NCBI GenBank assembly: GCA_964016885.1
Contig: OZ024741.1
Span: 292,082,001 to 292,146,000 of the forward strand
DNA from: Eledone cirrhosa
Lineage: Eukaryota
Direction: 5' to 3'
Length of the DNA stretch: 64,000 nt
Every line of letters starts with the position of its first letter. Within the stretch, counting starts at the first letter, position 1. Positions 26,901-41,000 of this stretch are shown here, piece by piece. Under the pieces are notes generated by a model. The model was not told where the DNA came from. It did no database searches and was given only the letters and a program-made list of their open reading frames with translations. Both the position numbers and the translations under genes were made by a program.

Positions 26901-27746
26901 TACACACTAACAAGAATGTATGTCAGTCCTACACACTAACAACAATGTGTGTCAGTCCTACACACTAACAACAATGTGTGTCAGTCCTACACACTAACAA
27001 CAATGTCTGTCAGTCCTACACACTAACAACAATGTCTGTCAGTCCTACACACTAACTACAATGTGTGTTAGTCCCACACACTAACTACAATGTATTCAGT
27101 CCTACACACTAACAACAATGTATGTCAGTCCTACACACTAACTACAATGTGTATCAGTCCTACACACTAACTACAATGTATGTCAGTCCTACACACTAAC
27201 TACAATGTATTCAGTCCTACACACTAACTACAATGTGTGTCAGTCCTACACACTAACTACAATGTGTGTCAGTGCTACACACTAACTACAATGTATGTCA
27301 GTCCTACACACTAACTACAATATATGTCAGTCCTACACATTAACTACAATGTGTGTCAGTCCTACACACTAACTACAATGTATGTCAGTCCTACACACTA
27401 ACTTCAATGTGTGTCAGTCCTACACACTAACTACAATGCGTGTCAGTCCTACACACTAACAATAATGTGTGTCAGTCCTACACACTAACTACAATGTGTG
27501 TCAGTGCTACACATTAACTACAATGTGTGTCAGTCCTACACACTAACTACAATATGTGTCAGTCCTACACACTAACAATAATGTGTGTCAGTCCTACACA
27601 CTAACTACAATGTGTGTCAGTGCTACACACTAACTACAATGTATGTCAGTCCTACACACTAACTACAATATATGTCAGTCCTACACATTAACTACAATGT
27701 GTGTCAGTCCTACACACTAACTACAATGTGTGTCAGTCCTACACTC
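17925..27746. repeat. 29-bp satellite array, ~9.8 kb, ~335-340 units
   Basis: Unit aatgt(g/a)tgtcagtcctacacactaac(a/t)ac, head-to-tail with no spacers. Higher-order duplications are visible. Confidence 0.98.
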
Positions 27747-27959
27747 TAAACACATGGCTACATCTTGACCACAGTCTAAAGGCATTTATCAAAGATATCT
27801 TCGCTATTAACAAAACTTCACCTTGTACGATTACTCTGCAGAGAAAGGACTTCTTGTTAAGATGACATTCAACTTTAGTCTACTTTGTCTAGTCAGAGAA
27901 TTGTATGACATTTTAATGTATTCTTTATCGAAGTGACACCCACTTGTACTACCAATATG

Positions 27960-28038
<79 letters not shown>

Positions 28039-28165
28039 TGTTGTATGTATATGTGTGTATATTTCTTTTTAGCTATATCTACGAGACTGTCAATGACTTG
28101 TAGGTTTTCATACACTTATTTCTCTCACCACCATCACATTCTCACACATACTCACACACACAGAG

Positions 28166-28235
<70 letters not shown>

Positions 28236-28496
28236 CAATGTATCTTACGTTACAGATTCCTATAAAATAATGCGTTTACTAATGAAGACGTATACTTCTA
28301 TTTTCTACTTCTTTCAGCTCTTTCTATTTTCTCTTGACAGGTAGATAAATAGGTAGAAAGCAGACAAACAGATACACAGATAGCTAGAGGTAGACATAGA
28401 GAGACAGATGTAGATATATAAAAACATTCAGATTGGTATAGACAGAAGGTAGGCAGATAGACGGAGGCATTGACTGATTTTGCTTTTGCTAGATAG

Positions 28497-28597
<101 letters not shown>

Positions 28598-28608
28598 TTA
28601 TATATTGC

Positions 28609-29300
28609 TATACTTTGGGAGGGTCATGTTGTCATTAAGGAACACACGCAACAGTTGCTTTCACTTCAATTTATTATAAATGTCTGCTTGGTTGGTTGGT
28701 TCTATTTTAGCATGTTGGTGGAGTTCTGATGAATCTTTTCTATCTTGGAGTTCTCGCCAGTGTTCTCAACACTAAAATAGAACATAAGGGCAAATTAGAG
28801 AACATAGAAATAAAAATGAAATCTACACACAGAAAAGACGCAATCTTTTGTCAAATCACATAGACAATAAACATAAATGAACTCCAACCAAAATTAAATA
28901 AAAAACATGTATGGAATAGCAACATTACAACTTATAATTAAGGACAAAATGAAAACACACACACACAGAACAAACAACTAACTAGTAACATGTAAATAAG
29001 CAAATAAATAAACAAATAAAAACATACACAGACACCCGTATGTAACACATGCGCAAACTAAGCACACAACACACACAAAAACAAGATGGCGTAGGACAGA
29101 ACAAAGGAGAGGCACAAAACAAAGAAAATAATCCCCAGTCACTGAAGATTTCACAGAATGTGTGACGAAAGATCTTTGACAATATATGAACAACCATTCG
29201 GTTGTGGAACCAACCAACCAACCGCAAATTTATAATAAATTGAAGTGAAAGCAACTGATGCGTGTGTTTCTTTTTGACAACAAGACCCTCCCAAAGTATA
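28609..29300. mobile_element. MITE-like/fold-back element with ~94-bp imperfect terminal inverted repeats
   Basis: tatactttgggagggtc..ttgctttcacttcaatttattataaat..ttggttggttc (28609-28702) is mirrored at 29207-29300. Confidence 0.7.
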
Positions 29301-29363
29301 ATGATATAGTTTTCAACACACGTTTTCAGATAAAGACTCTACCTAAACAAATTCAGAAACGAA

Positions 29364-29420
<57 letters not shown>

Positions 29421-29721
29421 GGGAAAGAAAGAGAGGGGGAGAGAGAGAGTGAGGGAGAGAGAGAAAGAGGGTTGGATGGATATACAGCCAGAGGGGAAAA
29501 TGAAGTGAAAAACTCTCCAATTGAACGCGTTTGAGTGCGTTGGTATATGTATTATGTGTGTACGTATATATGTGGGTGTTTGTGCCCTCAAGTTAGTGAT
29601 TGGGAATTAAACACAGCGTGACTGTAAACAAAAATCATGAATAAATAAATATACATACATTGAAAACATAAACACAGTATAAACAAACAAACTCACTCAC
29701 ACGTACACACACAACACAAAA

Positions 29722-30720
<999 letters not shown>

Positions 30721-30884
30721 TTCAATTAGTATGGCTAAATAGTGAGTCCTGTTACACTTGAATTTCCTATAACACTTGAATTGCACTCACAAACTAAACT
30801 ATCTATATAGCCATAACAAATATATATTTATACTGTATATCGGTATTAGTATGGAGAAATTCAGTAATTATTTTGCTTTTCATT

Positions 30885-31105
30885 TAGGGTGGTGGATTAG
30901 CAGTATCGGAAGAGGTCCGAACAACATGATTAGCGACATAGAGTTTTGACCCTTTACGTTCTGAGTTCAAATCCCGCTGCGGTTAGCTTTGTCTTTCATC
31001 CATACGAAGTCGATAAAATAAAATACCAGCAATGCATTTGGGTCGATTTAATCGACGTTCCCTTTACCCCATAACTGTTGGCCTTATGCCTATATCAGAA
31101 ACCAT
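30885..31105 (+). mobile_element. SINE family A variant (longer 3' part)
   Basis: Consensus match with the extra gtcgatttaatcgac segment. Confidence 0.85.
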
Positions 31106-31115
31106 TTTGTATTAA

Positions 31116-31214
<99 letters not shown>

Positions 31215-31480
31215 TGTACATTAGAATGGATGTTTAAAGCAATGCTTAATAAGAATTAAACATTCAAACATTGAATGAACGAGCATGCAATATGTGTAAA
31301 TTCAATGTAAATCTTAATTTCTGAGCAGAAAAGTGGCAGTGACTTTAAAGCTTCTGCATTGTCGTTTAGTTTATGTGTGTGTGTTTGTATGGGTGTGAGT
31401 GTGTGCGTGGGCGCGCGCTGTTCTAAACATACTACCTGTGCATAGTTGAAGTCTTTTTCTTCATCAATCAGAGATATATG

Positions 31481-31584
<104 letters not shown>

Positions 31585-31594
31585 AGTATGTATA

Positions 31595-31678
<84 letters not shown>

Positions 31679-31686
31679 CATATATT

Positions 31687-31745
<59 letters not shown>

Positions 31746-31752
31746 TATACAT

Positions 31753-32327
31753 GTAATCTGAGTTTTTCGAATACTAATAACATTCGATTCGTTTGCAATT
31801 ATGCAAACACGCCTCAATTTTATAGCCATGTCAGTAGAATGAACACTTCATTCTTGCTCTTGTGTTGGCATGTGAACAGAACTGCAGACACTAATGTGTA
31901 CAGCTCACTGTTCACCTGCCAAACTGTCAGAGCTAGTGAAAATATATGCTATTTTCAAAAATATACAGTAACTGATCGGCCTGATTTGCATATTAGCAGA
32001 GTCGTTGATCTGTCAGATGTGCATTTTGCAGATCCACTGATCAGCCAGATTTACATATCAGCAGACTGGCCAGTCAGTTTCCTGTATACGAGCGATTTGC
32101 CAAGTTCAAATAAAAATGAAAAGTTCGCTCTCCATGGCTGAATACATTAAACGTAATCTGAGTTTTCGAATAGCTGTACTGATGAAGGGGGATACCCAGA
32201 AACATTAGTGTCTGCTGTTCTGTTCACATGCCAACACAAGAGCAAGGATGAAGTGTTCATTCTACTGACATTTGAGGCTTGTTTGCAAAATTGCAAACGA
32301 ATCGAATGTTATTATTAATATTCGAAA
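31753..32327. mobile_element. Inverted-repeat element with a hammerhead in the right arm and a core-deleted copy in the left arm
   Basis: Arms 31765-31905 and 32172-32327. Direct repeat gtaatctgagttt(t)tcgaata at 31753 and 32153. It lies about 10 bp from a (TA)n tract. Confidence 0.75.
32173..32218 (+). ncRNA. Type I hammerhead motif
   Basis: GCUGUA-CUGAUGA-A(GGG GGAUA CCC)A-GAAA-CAUUAGUG-UC-UGCUGU, with the GUC triplet at 32210-32212. The paralogous arm has UGCAGU, which restores full stem I pairing. Confidence 0.7.
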
Positions 32328-32955
32328 CACAATCGCTACAGCATATGGAAGGAATATATTATGTTAACATTTGAAATAGCAGGAAGATGGTCTTAACATT
32401 TCGGAAATCTCGTCCTTCATCAGAGGAAAGAATGAGAAATAATATAGATTGAAGGGACGTGAGTCTACATGTGAAGACATATATCTAAGGAGCTTTCAAT
32501 CCCAGAGTCAGGAATGAACATAATCGATCGCTCCTCGAGCTGATAGGCAGTGAAATATATGTAATATGTGATTAAATATATATATGATGATGTAAATAAA
32601 AGGATGCGCTTGTAATTGGATCTGTCACGCAGATCTCCCCGAGAAATATGCTAATGATACTTGTATCTTATAGTTATTCATCAAAAGTCTATCCGCGTAC
32701 TTTCATAGCTACACACTAAAATAGTCGTATGCGTATACACTAGAATACATAAAAATGCGCACATGCTCATACACATGTCGATATACAAACGTGCATACAT
32801 ACACACAAACAGGCACGTGCATACATACACATACACAGGCATGGTGCACACTAGTGGATATTAACATGGTACATACACATATACACTTTTATTAACAAGC
32901 TTGCAAATGCTCGAGCACACGCAAACATACATACCTGCATAAATAGAAGCACACA

Positions 32956-33008
<53 letters not shown>

Positions 33009-33483
33009 ACACACAAACACAGAGTGATATTCAAGGAGAAAAGAAGAGAGAGCGAGAGAAAAGTAGAGAGGGGAAAACATAAAAAAAGGAAGAAAGATGG
33101 AAAGAAATAAGAAAGTGAAAGAGTGAGAACAAAATAATGAGACAAAGTGAAAGAATATCTATCAATCTCCCTCTCCCTGTCTCTCTCTCTCTCTATATAT
33201 ATATAAATAAAGGTAGTCCTTCATCAGTGATCTTCCAACCATCATTGGTATTTCATCGCTTTAATGTATATATATATATGTATATATATATACATACAAA
33301 TATATATATATATATATATACATATATATATGTATATATATGTATATATGTATGTATATATATATATATATATATATGTGTGTATATATATATATATATA
33401 TACACAAATATATATATATGTATATATATATACATACAAATATATATATATATATAAAAATATATATATATAAATATACGATA

Positions 33484-33537
<54 letters not shown>

Positions 33538-33655
33538 AGGCGTGTGGCTGAGTGGTTAGAGAATTGGATTCGCAATTGTAAGGTTGTGAGTTCGGTTCCT
33601 GGACCAGGCGATGCGTTATGTCCTTGAGCAAGACACTTTATTTCACGTTGCTCCT
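33538..33655 (+). mobile_element. tRNA-derived SINE family B, 5' part
   Basis: Box A tggctgagtgg, box B gagttcggttc, then tgtccttgagcaagacactttatttcacgttgctcc. A related copy lies at ~40200-40460. Confidence 0.75.
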
Positions 33656-33744
33656 TTTACCTGGAGTTGCGACCGATAGATAGTATTAGCAATTGTTCCC
33701 TCGGTCCGATTTGACGAAAGTCGATCGTTCCTTTAATATATATA

Positions 33745-33802
<58 letters not shown>

Positions 33803-34272
33803 AATACATATATATATACAGGCACACACAGATACATAATATATATATATACATATACATACACACACATACATATATGGTGTGTGTGTGTGTGCGTGCA
33901 TGTGTGTTTGTACGGTCCGCACACAAAACATGTGTGTATGTTTGTACGTATATAAATATATATAATTAGAGACGTTACGAGAGAGACATAGAGGAGAGAA
34001 AATAGAGAGAGAGAATAGCACATGACAGAGAGAGGGGGGTGAGAGAGGGAGGACAAGAGAGAGTGGCAGGTAGAGATAAAATGCTCGAGATGGCTAAAGA
34101 GAGGTACGCATGTTAAAAAGAATCACTTGTCTCAGGTAAAGTGGTCTTGTTATGTCTTTACAGTTTTGCTGAGGAAGACATCACAGTCACTGTATGTGTA
34201 TGTGTATATGCGTGTGTGTATGTACATACACACAAATATATATATGTGTGTGAGTGAGTGTGTTCATGCACG

Positions 34273-34310
<38 letters not shown>

Positions 34311-34649
34311 CATACACTATCACTCACACATAGATAAATATATATATATTTCTCTATGTGTGAGTGATAGTGTATGTATATATATATATATATATTTATC
34401 TATGTGTGATAGTGTATGTATATACATATAAATATATGTATGCATATATATATATATATATATATCTGTGTGTGCGTGTGAAATACACACACCACACACA
34501 CACATACGTTCATAAGTGTTTCCGAAGAGACAATAAGTTATAACTTATACTTGAAACAAATGTACTTTTGTAAAATACCTAAATATAAAGTAATCTATAT
34601 GTATGCGGGTATATATGCCTGTATGTCTCTCTGACTCTCTCTCTCTCTC

Positions 34650-34713
<64 letters not shown>

Positions 34714-34739
34714 TGTGTCGGTGTGTGTGTGTGTGTATG

Positions 34740-34801
<62 letters not shown>

Positions 34802-34959
34802 TTGAGAAGAAAGAAGAATACTGCGTGATGCATAGATACATATACAGAAAGATGTAGATATGTATATTTGTGTTCACAAACACACGCATGATTATCTTAA
34901 TGGAAGGATTAGGAATCCCATTATTCGATAATGTACTCAATACATATTAAAATGTAGCG

Positions 34960-35022
<63 letters not shown>

Positions 35023-35166
35023 GTGTGTGTGTGTGTGTATATACATACATATATAATCTACACTCTCCTACATATTTACATCCGGATCATTCTCACCATC
35101 ATTGTACTAGCAGTATACGTAAGTGAATCTTTGTTTGGGAGGAAGTAGATAAGTAGGAAACAGTAA

Positions 35167-35251
<85 letters not shown>

Positions 35252-35302
35252 TGAAAAGGGAGAAAGTGACGGGCACACAAATATGTATATATGTATATAT
35301 AT

Positions 35303-35481
35303 AGGAACAAGTAGGACCCCGACGGCTGAGCTCAAGCCGTTTCGACGGCTAATTTTGCGTCGAAACGGCTTGAGCTCAGCCGTCGGGGTCCTACTTGTTC
35401 CTTTTACCCACTATACTACTCTAAGTATTGAGTAATTTGGTGCGTTATGGTCCATCTGGTTCCTTACCACATTTCCTTCGT
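35303..35481 (+). mobile_element. Perfect 45-bp-arm hairpin containing the 3' half of a hammerhead, plus tail, in (TA)n
   Basis: Arms 35303-35347 and 35358-35402 with a 10-nt loop. Reads GACG(loop)CGUC-GAAA-CGGCU(UGAGCUC)AGCCG-UC-GGGGUC. Confidence 0.75.
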
Positions 35482-35523
35482 TATATATATATACGCATAT
35501 ATATATATATATTTATATATATA

Positions 35524-35604
<81 letters not shown>

Positions 35605-35639
35605 CGTGTGTATGCACATATATATATATATTATTGTGT

Positions 35640-35745
35640 CCCGCCGAGGTTGACTTTGCCTTTCATCCTTAAGGGGTCGATAAAATAAAGTACCAGTAAT
35701 GCACTGGGTAATTGCTGGCCTTGTGCCTAAAGTAGAAACAATTAT
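35640..35745 (+). mobile_element. 5'-truncated SINE family A
   Basis: 3' half of the consensus. Confidence 0.88.
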
Positions 35746-35908
35746 TGTGTGTGGGTGTGTGTGTTGTTGCATTGAAACCTTTTCACGCAAAGTATCTCAT
35801 AAATTGAGAACTATAGATATATTATCTTTCGCTCTCCCTTTCTATATATTTTAATCTATTCAACTATCTATCTACGTATCTTACTATCTATATCTACACA
35901 GACACACG

Positions 35909-35974
<66 letters not shown>

Positions 35975-35999
35975 TATATATACATATGCATATATATAC

Positions 36000-36041
<42 letters not shown>

Positions 36042-36049
36042 TTATTTAT

Positions 36050-36296
36050 ATATGACCAAATATTAATATGGTTCGTTGATTACTCAATGAATACAATTTT
36101 ACAATAGATTAAAAGCACTCAGCAAAGAGTTTTCCTGGAGTTTGGAATTGTATAATCAAGACCGTAGCGGTATGTCATATATCAAATCATATATTTTATC
36201 TGATGAAGACGTACTGAAAAAAAAAAACACACTACCTTTGAAATGTATATAATAAAGCATATATTTTGATTATGTGAATATCTTTCATTTGTTAAT
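36050..36296. mobile_element. (TA)n-embedded repeat, rearranged paralog of 54936-55197
   Basis: 36144-36296 is a direct match to 54936-55090, while 36050-36142 is the reverse complement of 55105-55197. Confidence 0.85.
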
Positions 36297-36302
36297 AATA
36301 AT

Positions 36303-36339
<37 letters not shown>

Positions 36340-36368
36340 CACACAAATATATATATATATATATATAT

Positions 36369-36409
<41 letters not shown>

Positions 36410-36812
36410 ATGTATATCCATATACGGTGATGACCGTTATAGTGGTGATGGAGGTGGTGGTTTTTGTGGTTGTAGTTGTGATTGATGTGGTAGTCATTAT
36501 GGTGTTGTTGATTGTTGTGGTGATAGTTATTTCACATATTTCCGAATCGATATATTATGTGCCAACAGGTTGTCGCTTCTGATTTTGTCTTTTGTTGTTC
36601 TTGTTGCTGTTTTTGCTACTGTAGTTATGGTAGCAGTGGCAGTGATAGCATTGATACCAGTCGTACTTTTGTTGTTGTTAGTGATGTTGGTGGTGGTGTT
36701 GGTGATAATAGTGGTTGTCATCGCTTTCGTTGTACTGCTGATGGTTGCAAGAGAGAGAGAAAGAGAGCGTGAAAGAAAGAAAGAAATAGAGAGAGAGTGT
36801 GTGTGAGTGCAC

Positions 36813-36863
<51 letters not shown>

Positions 36864-37234
36864 AGAAAGAAAGGGGTAGATATAGAGACAGTGACATAAA
36901 GAGAGTGAGAGGGGGAAAGAGATGAGGAGAAGGGGTAGATGTGGAGGGGGAGAACGACGGAAGGGAGATGTGAGGATAGGAGAGATGAGTGGCGAGCGAA
37001 GGAGGGAAGAGATGGGAAGATATGAGTGGGGTAGATATGAGGATAAAGGGGAGAGGTGAAGAGGGGCGAGATGAGGAAAGGGAGAGGAAAGGATAAGGAT
37101 AGATAACGAGACTCAGTGACATAATGAGAGAGAGGGAGACGGGGATAGATGAGGAGGAGGGTTAGAGAGGAGATAGAAGGGGAGGGAATTGAGCGGGTGA
37201 TACAAATCTTTCTAGACATCACTGACATTTATAG

Positions 37235-37572
37235 CAGGGGTTCTCAACCTTTTTTCGCTGTGGACCACCAAAATAGGTAATGTTTTCCTGTGGACCACCT
37301 AAACTTTTAAATCTTTTGTAATAGAACTGCTACTTATAAGCATCAGCAGATGTTTTTTTTTCAATGAATTAGAAAATGCTATTATCATGTCGCAGTGCCT
37401 AAAAATCTACGCAAATAAACAGCTGAAGTCGTACTTATGCGAAGAATAAGAACAGCGCTTAAAGTCAAATGCATGGATCAAAAAATAATTTGCGATTGAA
37501 AATTTCCTGTGGACCACCTGAATTTTCCTGTGGACCACTAGTGGTCCACATGGACCAGGTTGAGAAACCCTG
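37235..37572. mobile_element. Non-autonomous hAT-type DNA transposon (MITE), 338 bp
   Basis: TIRs caggggttctcaacct / aggttgagaaaccctg, 8-bp TSD atttatag (37227-37234) / atttacag (37573-37580), and subterminal gtggacca repeats. Confidence 0.88.
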
Positions 37573-37855
37573 ATTTACAGTACGGGTGCTTCTATATGGT
37601 CAGCCAACAAGTTAGAAATAGCAATCAAACATCTTTTTAAATCACACCCCATTGTGTGAAATACAATTGGGTACATCTGTCACGGCTGAAACTCCTTTGA
37701 TCATAGGTCTGCTGCGCCAGATCTGACCTGGGGTTAAACAGCAACATTAATAATTCTAATACTATTACGAAAATCGGGAGAGACAGCTCATGGGGGATTC
37801 CCGCTCATCAACTGTCTTCTGGAGGTCATCATAGTTTCGGATACTTTGAAATCAA

Positions 37856-37889
<34 letters not shown>

Positions 37890-37897
<8 letters not shown>

Positions 37898-38800
37898 TTA
37901 AACGTCCGTATGGAGCTAGTAAGCCATGACAGGCTAAGGGAAGTGTCGAGTACTCAATACATTTGTTAATCAATAAGAGCTAGCGAGACAAGTAATAATA
38001 ATTGTTTCTACTTTTGGCACAGGGCCAGCAATTATCCCAGTGCATTACTGGTACTTTATTTTATCGATCCCGTAAGGATGAAAAGCAAAGTTAACCTCGG
38101 CGGGATTTGAACTCAGAACGTAAAGCGCTACAACTCCTATGCTGCAAAGTATGATGTCTGACGCTCTACCGACACTGCCTAATAATAATAATAACATTTA
38201 AGGGGAAAAAACTGTAAAATAAATAAATAAAATAAAATTTTCAAATATTGAAGGCAGATTATGCTTAAGAAAACCAAAAAGGAAAGGAAAGTATGAAACA
38301 AGGAATGCTGAAAAACAATTAGAAGTTTGTGTTGTTGAATCTTTTTATAGCTTCCATGTACTAAAAAAGTTTGTATATATTTGGCAGATCTTTAACCATA
38401 TATACTAACTTCCAACCTTAGTAGTTTTTTAAAGATTGTTTTCAATATGGCCTCTCTCTCTCAGACTGATAGTTTCTACAAATAGCGCCAAAGAGTTTCT
38501 GGATAGTCACCATAAAAACATAGAGCTAAATCTCTACGGCAAGTTCTTGATAGAATGTAGTTCAAATATGTCCAGTTCGAAGCCAGCATAGTTTTTTTTT
38601 TATTATTTGCATTACTCAATGATCGATAAGTTTTGAATGTTGTCAAATCCAGTGGAGAAAGTGGGGTGTTGAAATTTGTGAGCTTATCTTTGGTTGATTC
38701 CAAAAATGTTTCCCAGTCTTGTAGGGATTTTTGCAAGGTGTGTAAAAGTAGGCCACTGGTCATGGTAGTGCTGTGGTCAAATTTTTCATTGTGGTAATCT
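37890..38800 (-). mobile_element. Decayed interspersed repeat, probably a LINE 3' region, interrupted by a SINE A copy (~37997-38180)
   Basis: Homologous to 62240-62690 (shared aatc.atttaaa.gtccgtat.gagctagtaa and ctctctcagactgatagttt..gtcacc). A short copy lies at ~45376-45440. Confidence 0.55.
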
Positions 38801-39059
38801 TGGTATGATGGAGAAGGTGGGGGGGGGGGGGGGGCAGATAATGGTAAGCGTATCTAGACAGTTAGAGACAGTTAGGAGTCAGGAGGAAGAAATAATGTGT
38901 GGGGGTAGGAGTAATTAGTGAGTATCAGTGGAGTAGGAGGAGGAGAAAGGGTATAATGGTCATAGGAATATAGGGTGGAGGATGTGAGGGGCAAGACTAT
39001 GTACAGACAGGGCTCAGACGTTAAAGGAATATTTTAAAGATAGTGGGTTATATAGAAGT

Positions 39060-39180
39060 AAATGAACCGCGAGCTGGAATGGTTCTTCCAACGCATCTCC
39101 CTCACCATCCTCCGGGGAGAGCCTAACCCTTCTCCATTATGTCAGTAGGGGCTGCATGCCCTCGGGGCGGCCAGCGCGTG
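39060..39180 (+). mobile_element. Third CRE-clade C-terminal fragment
   Basis: Translates ELEWFFQRISLTILRG, matching the CRE terminal motif FQR(I/L)S.(A/T)I.RG. Confidence 0.6.
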
Positions 39181-39607
39181 AGCCCCCCCATTTGCTCACA
39201 ATAGTAAAAGATGGGGAGAATGGGAGAGACCGAGGCAGTGACAATGAAAGTTTGGTTCTTTTGTTTTTGGACCTGGTGTATACAGGAGAGAATGAATCTT
39301 TCCCATTATCAGCACCTTTCAATTCAAACATATTGAAATCCCATTTACAATGTGGAAATACAAATACTATTTCCAGGCAGCAAATACTAAACATTGTATT
39401 AGATTAGGAAACAAATAGTAAATTTGAACCATTTCAACAATTGTATTGCCAATAGCAAACTTTACAGAGACAAAAGTAAATTAGTAAGTAGATGGATGAA
39501 TAGGATAAAATCAAATCAAATCAAGTAAAATTCCTATACCGTCGTAAAGGCTTGCTGAACACACATGCCGCAGTCGGGATTTTACCTATCTATATGCCCA
39601 CACTGCT

Positions 39608-39661
<54 letters not shown>

Positions 39662-39742
39662 TTTAAATTTTGTCGTCAAGTATGAAATTTGTAGAATTTG
39701 TTTTTTCAACAAATTTCTACAAATTTCATACTTGGCGACCCA

Positions 39743-39815
<73 letters not shown>

Positions 39816-39831
39816 TGTATATATATATATG

Positions 39832-39913
<82 letters not shown>

Positions 39914-40839
39914 TTCGTGCGCGTGTGTATGTGTTTGATTGAAAATGCATAACCGAGTGCAATCTTGAGGCTTTGAGTTCGATGCCCTAGCTGTACATTT
40001 TGGCCCAGTGTCTTTTATAACAGTCTCGGTTTAATTCATGCTGATTCTGTCTAAGACTACATTTGTCAGTGGAATACTCAACCACATACTCTATCATTTA
40101 ATGTGTAGTATCTTCACTTAATGGACAACTGGAACAATCATCATGAAAACTGACAGGTCGGTTTAGGTATAATCTTTATGTGTATACCAAGTCCGGATTA
40201 ATGCTAAGTAAGGGTTTGGGACGAATGACCATAATATCGTGGGTTCGAATCCTGGACTGGGTTGTGTGTTGTGTTCATGAGCAAAACACTTCATTTCATG
40301 TTGCTCCAGTATACTCCGCTGTAAATGAGTACCAGAAATAGCTGTGGATTAAAACCTGCAACGGACTTGAGTCCTGTCCATGGTGGGGTCTTGTACTCTA
40401 AATGGCCTCACATCACGAAAACCGAGATAAGCACCGGCTTAACGAGCCTTTGGTCCCGATACAAACTTCAGACTTTGATTAATGCCAACCTATGTCCTAA
40501 GGGTAACCTAGCTGTGTTTCTCTCACCCTACCGTTGTGTAACTGACTATACTTAAAACAACGTTTAATTTTCTTTTTTCACCGTTTAATCAGTGGTGAGA
40601 AGCGGGGAAGAGCAGTGCACTTAACCTGTTAAGGTCCTTTAGAACCTTAACCTTTTCAGTGAAAAGAGACGGTATCCTAAAAACGGAGACCTGGTTGCAA
40701 CACAGTAGAGTGTTAGTGTGTTAAAACGGGCAACCGGTTAAGTCCACCACACAGTTGTAAAGTGATAGATTAAAGTACAATTTTACTCCGAGCCACAACC
40801 ATATTAAATAGAAAGGAAGAAAAACATAATTCAAATAGA

Positions 40840-41000
40840 TTGGTCTGGATTGTGGATCAAGCCGGATCATCTGTAGACGGCTGCTTCTGACAGGACCTGG
40901 TGGAAACAGTGTTTGAGGACTCTGCCCTCTCGACCTTCTCGGAAGAAGAAGAAGAAGAAGAAGAAGAAGAAGAAGAAGAAGAAGAAGAAGAAGAAGAAGA
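40840..41000 (+). mobile_element. RTE 3' tip with (GAA)n tail
   Basis: gagacgg.tgcttctga.aggacc...tggaa...ggactctgccc is homologous to 5395-5480 and is followed by (GAA)n. Confidence 0.75.

Noticed and set aside
17925-27746. CRISPR array (29-bp hairpin-forming repeat)
   Set aside because: Units are directly adjacent with no unique spacers, there are no cas genes, and the context is eukaryotic.
33538-33610. tRNA gene
   Set aside because: Box A/B motifs are present but there is no complete cloverleaf, and the sequence continues into a SINE body.
34505-34570. Additional hammerhead (CCGAAGA...GAAACAAATGTA)
   Set aside because: The core is mutated and no stem I pairing was found.
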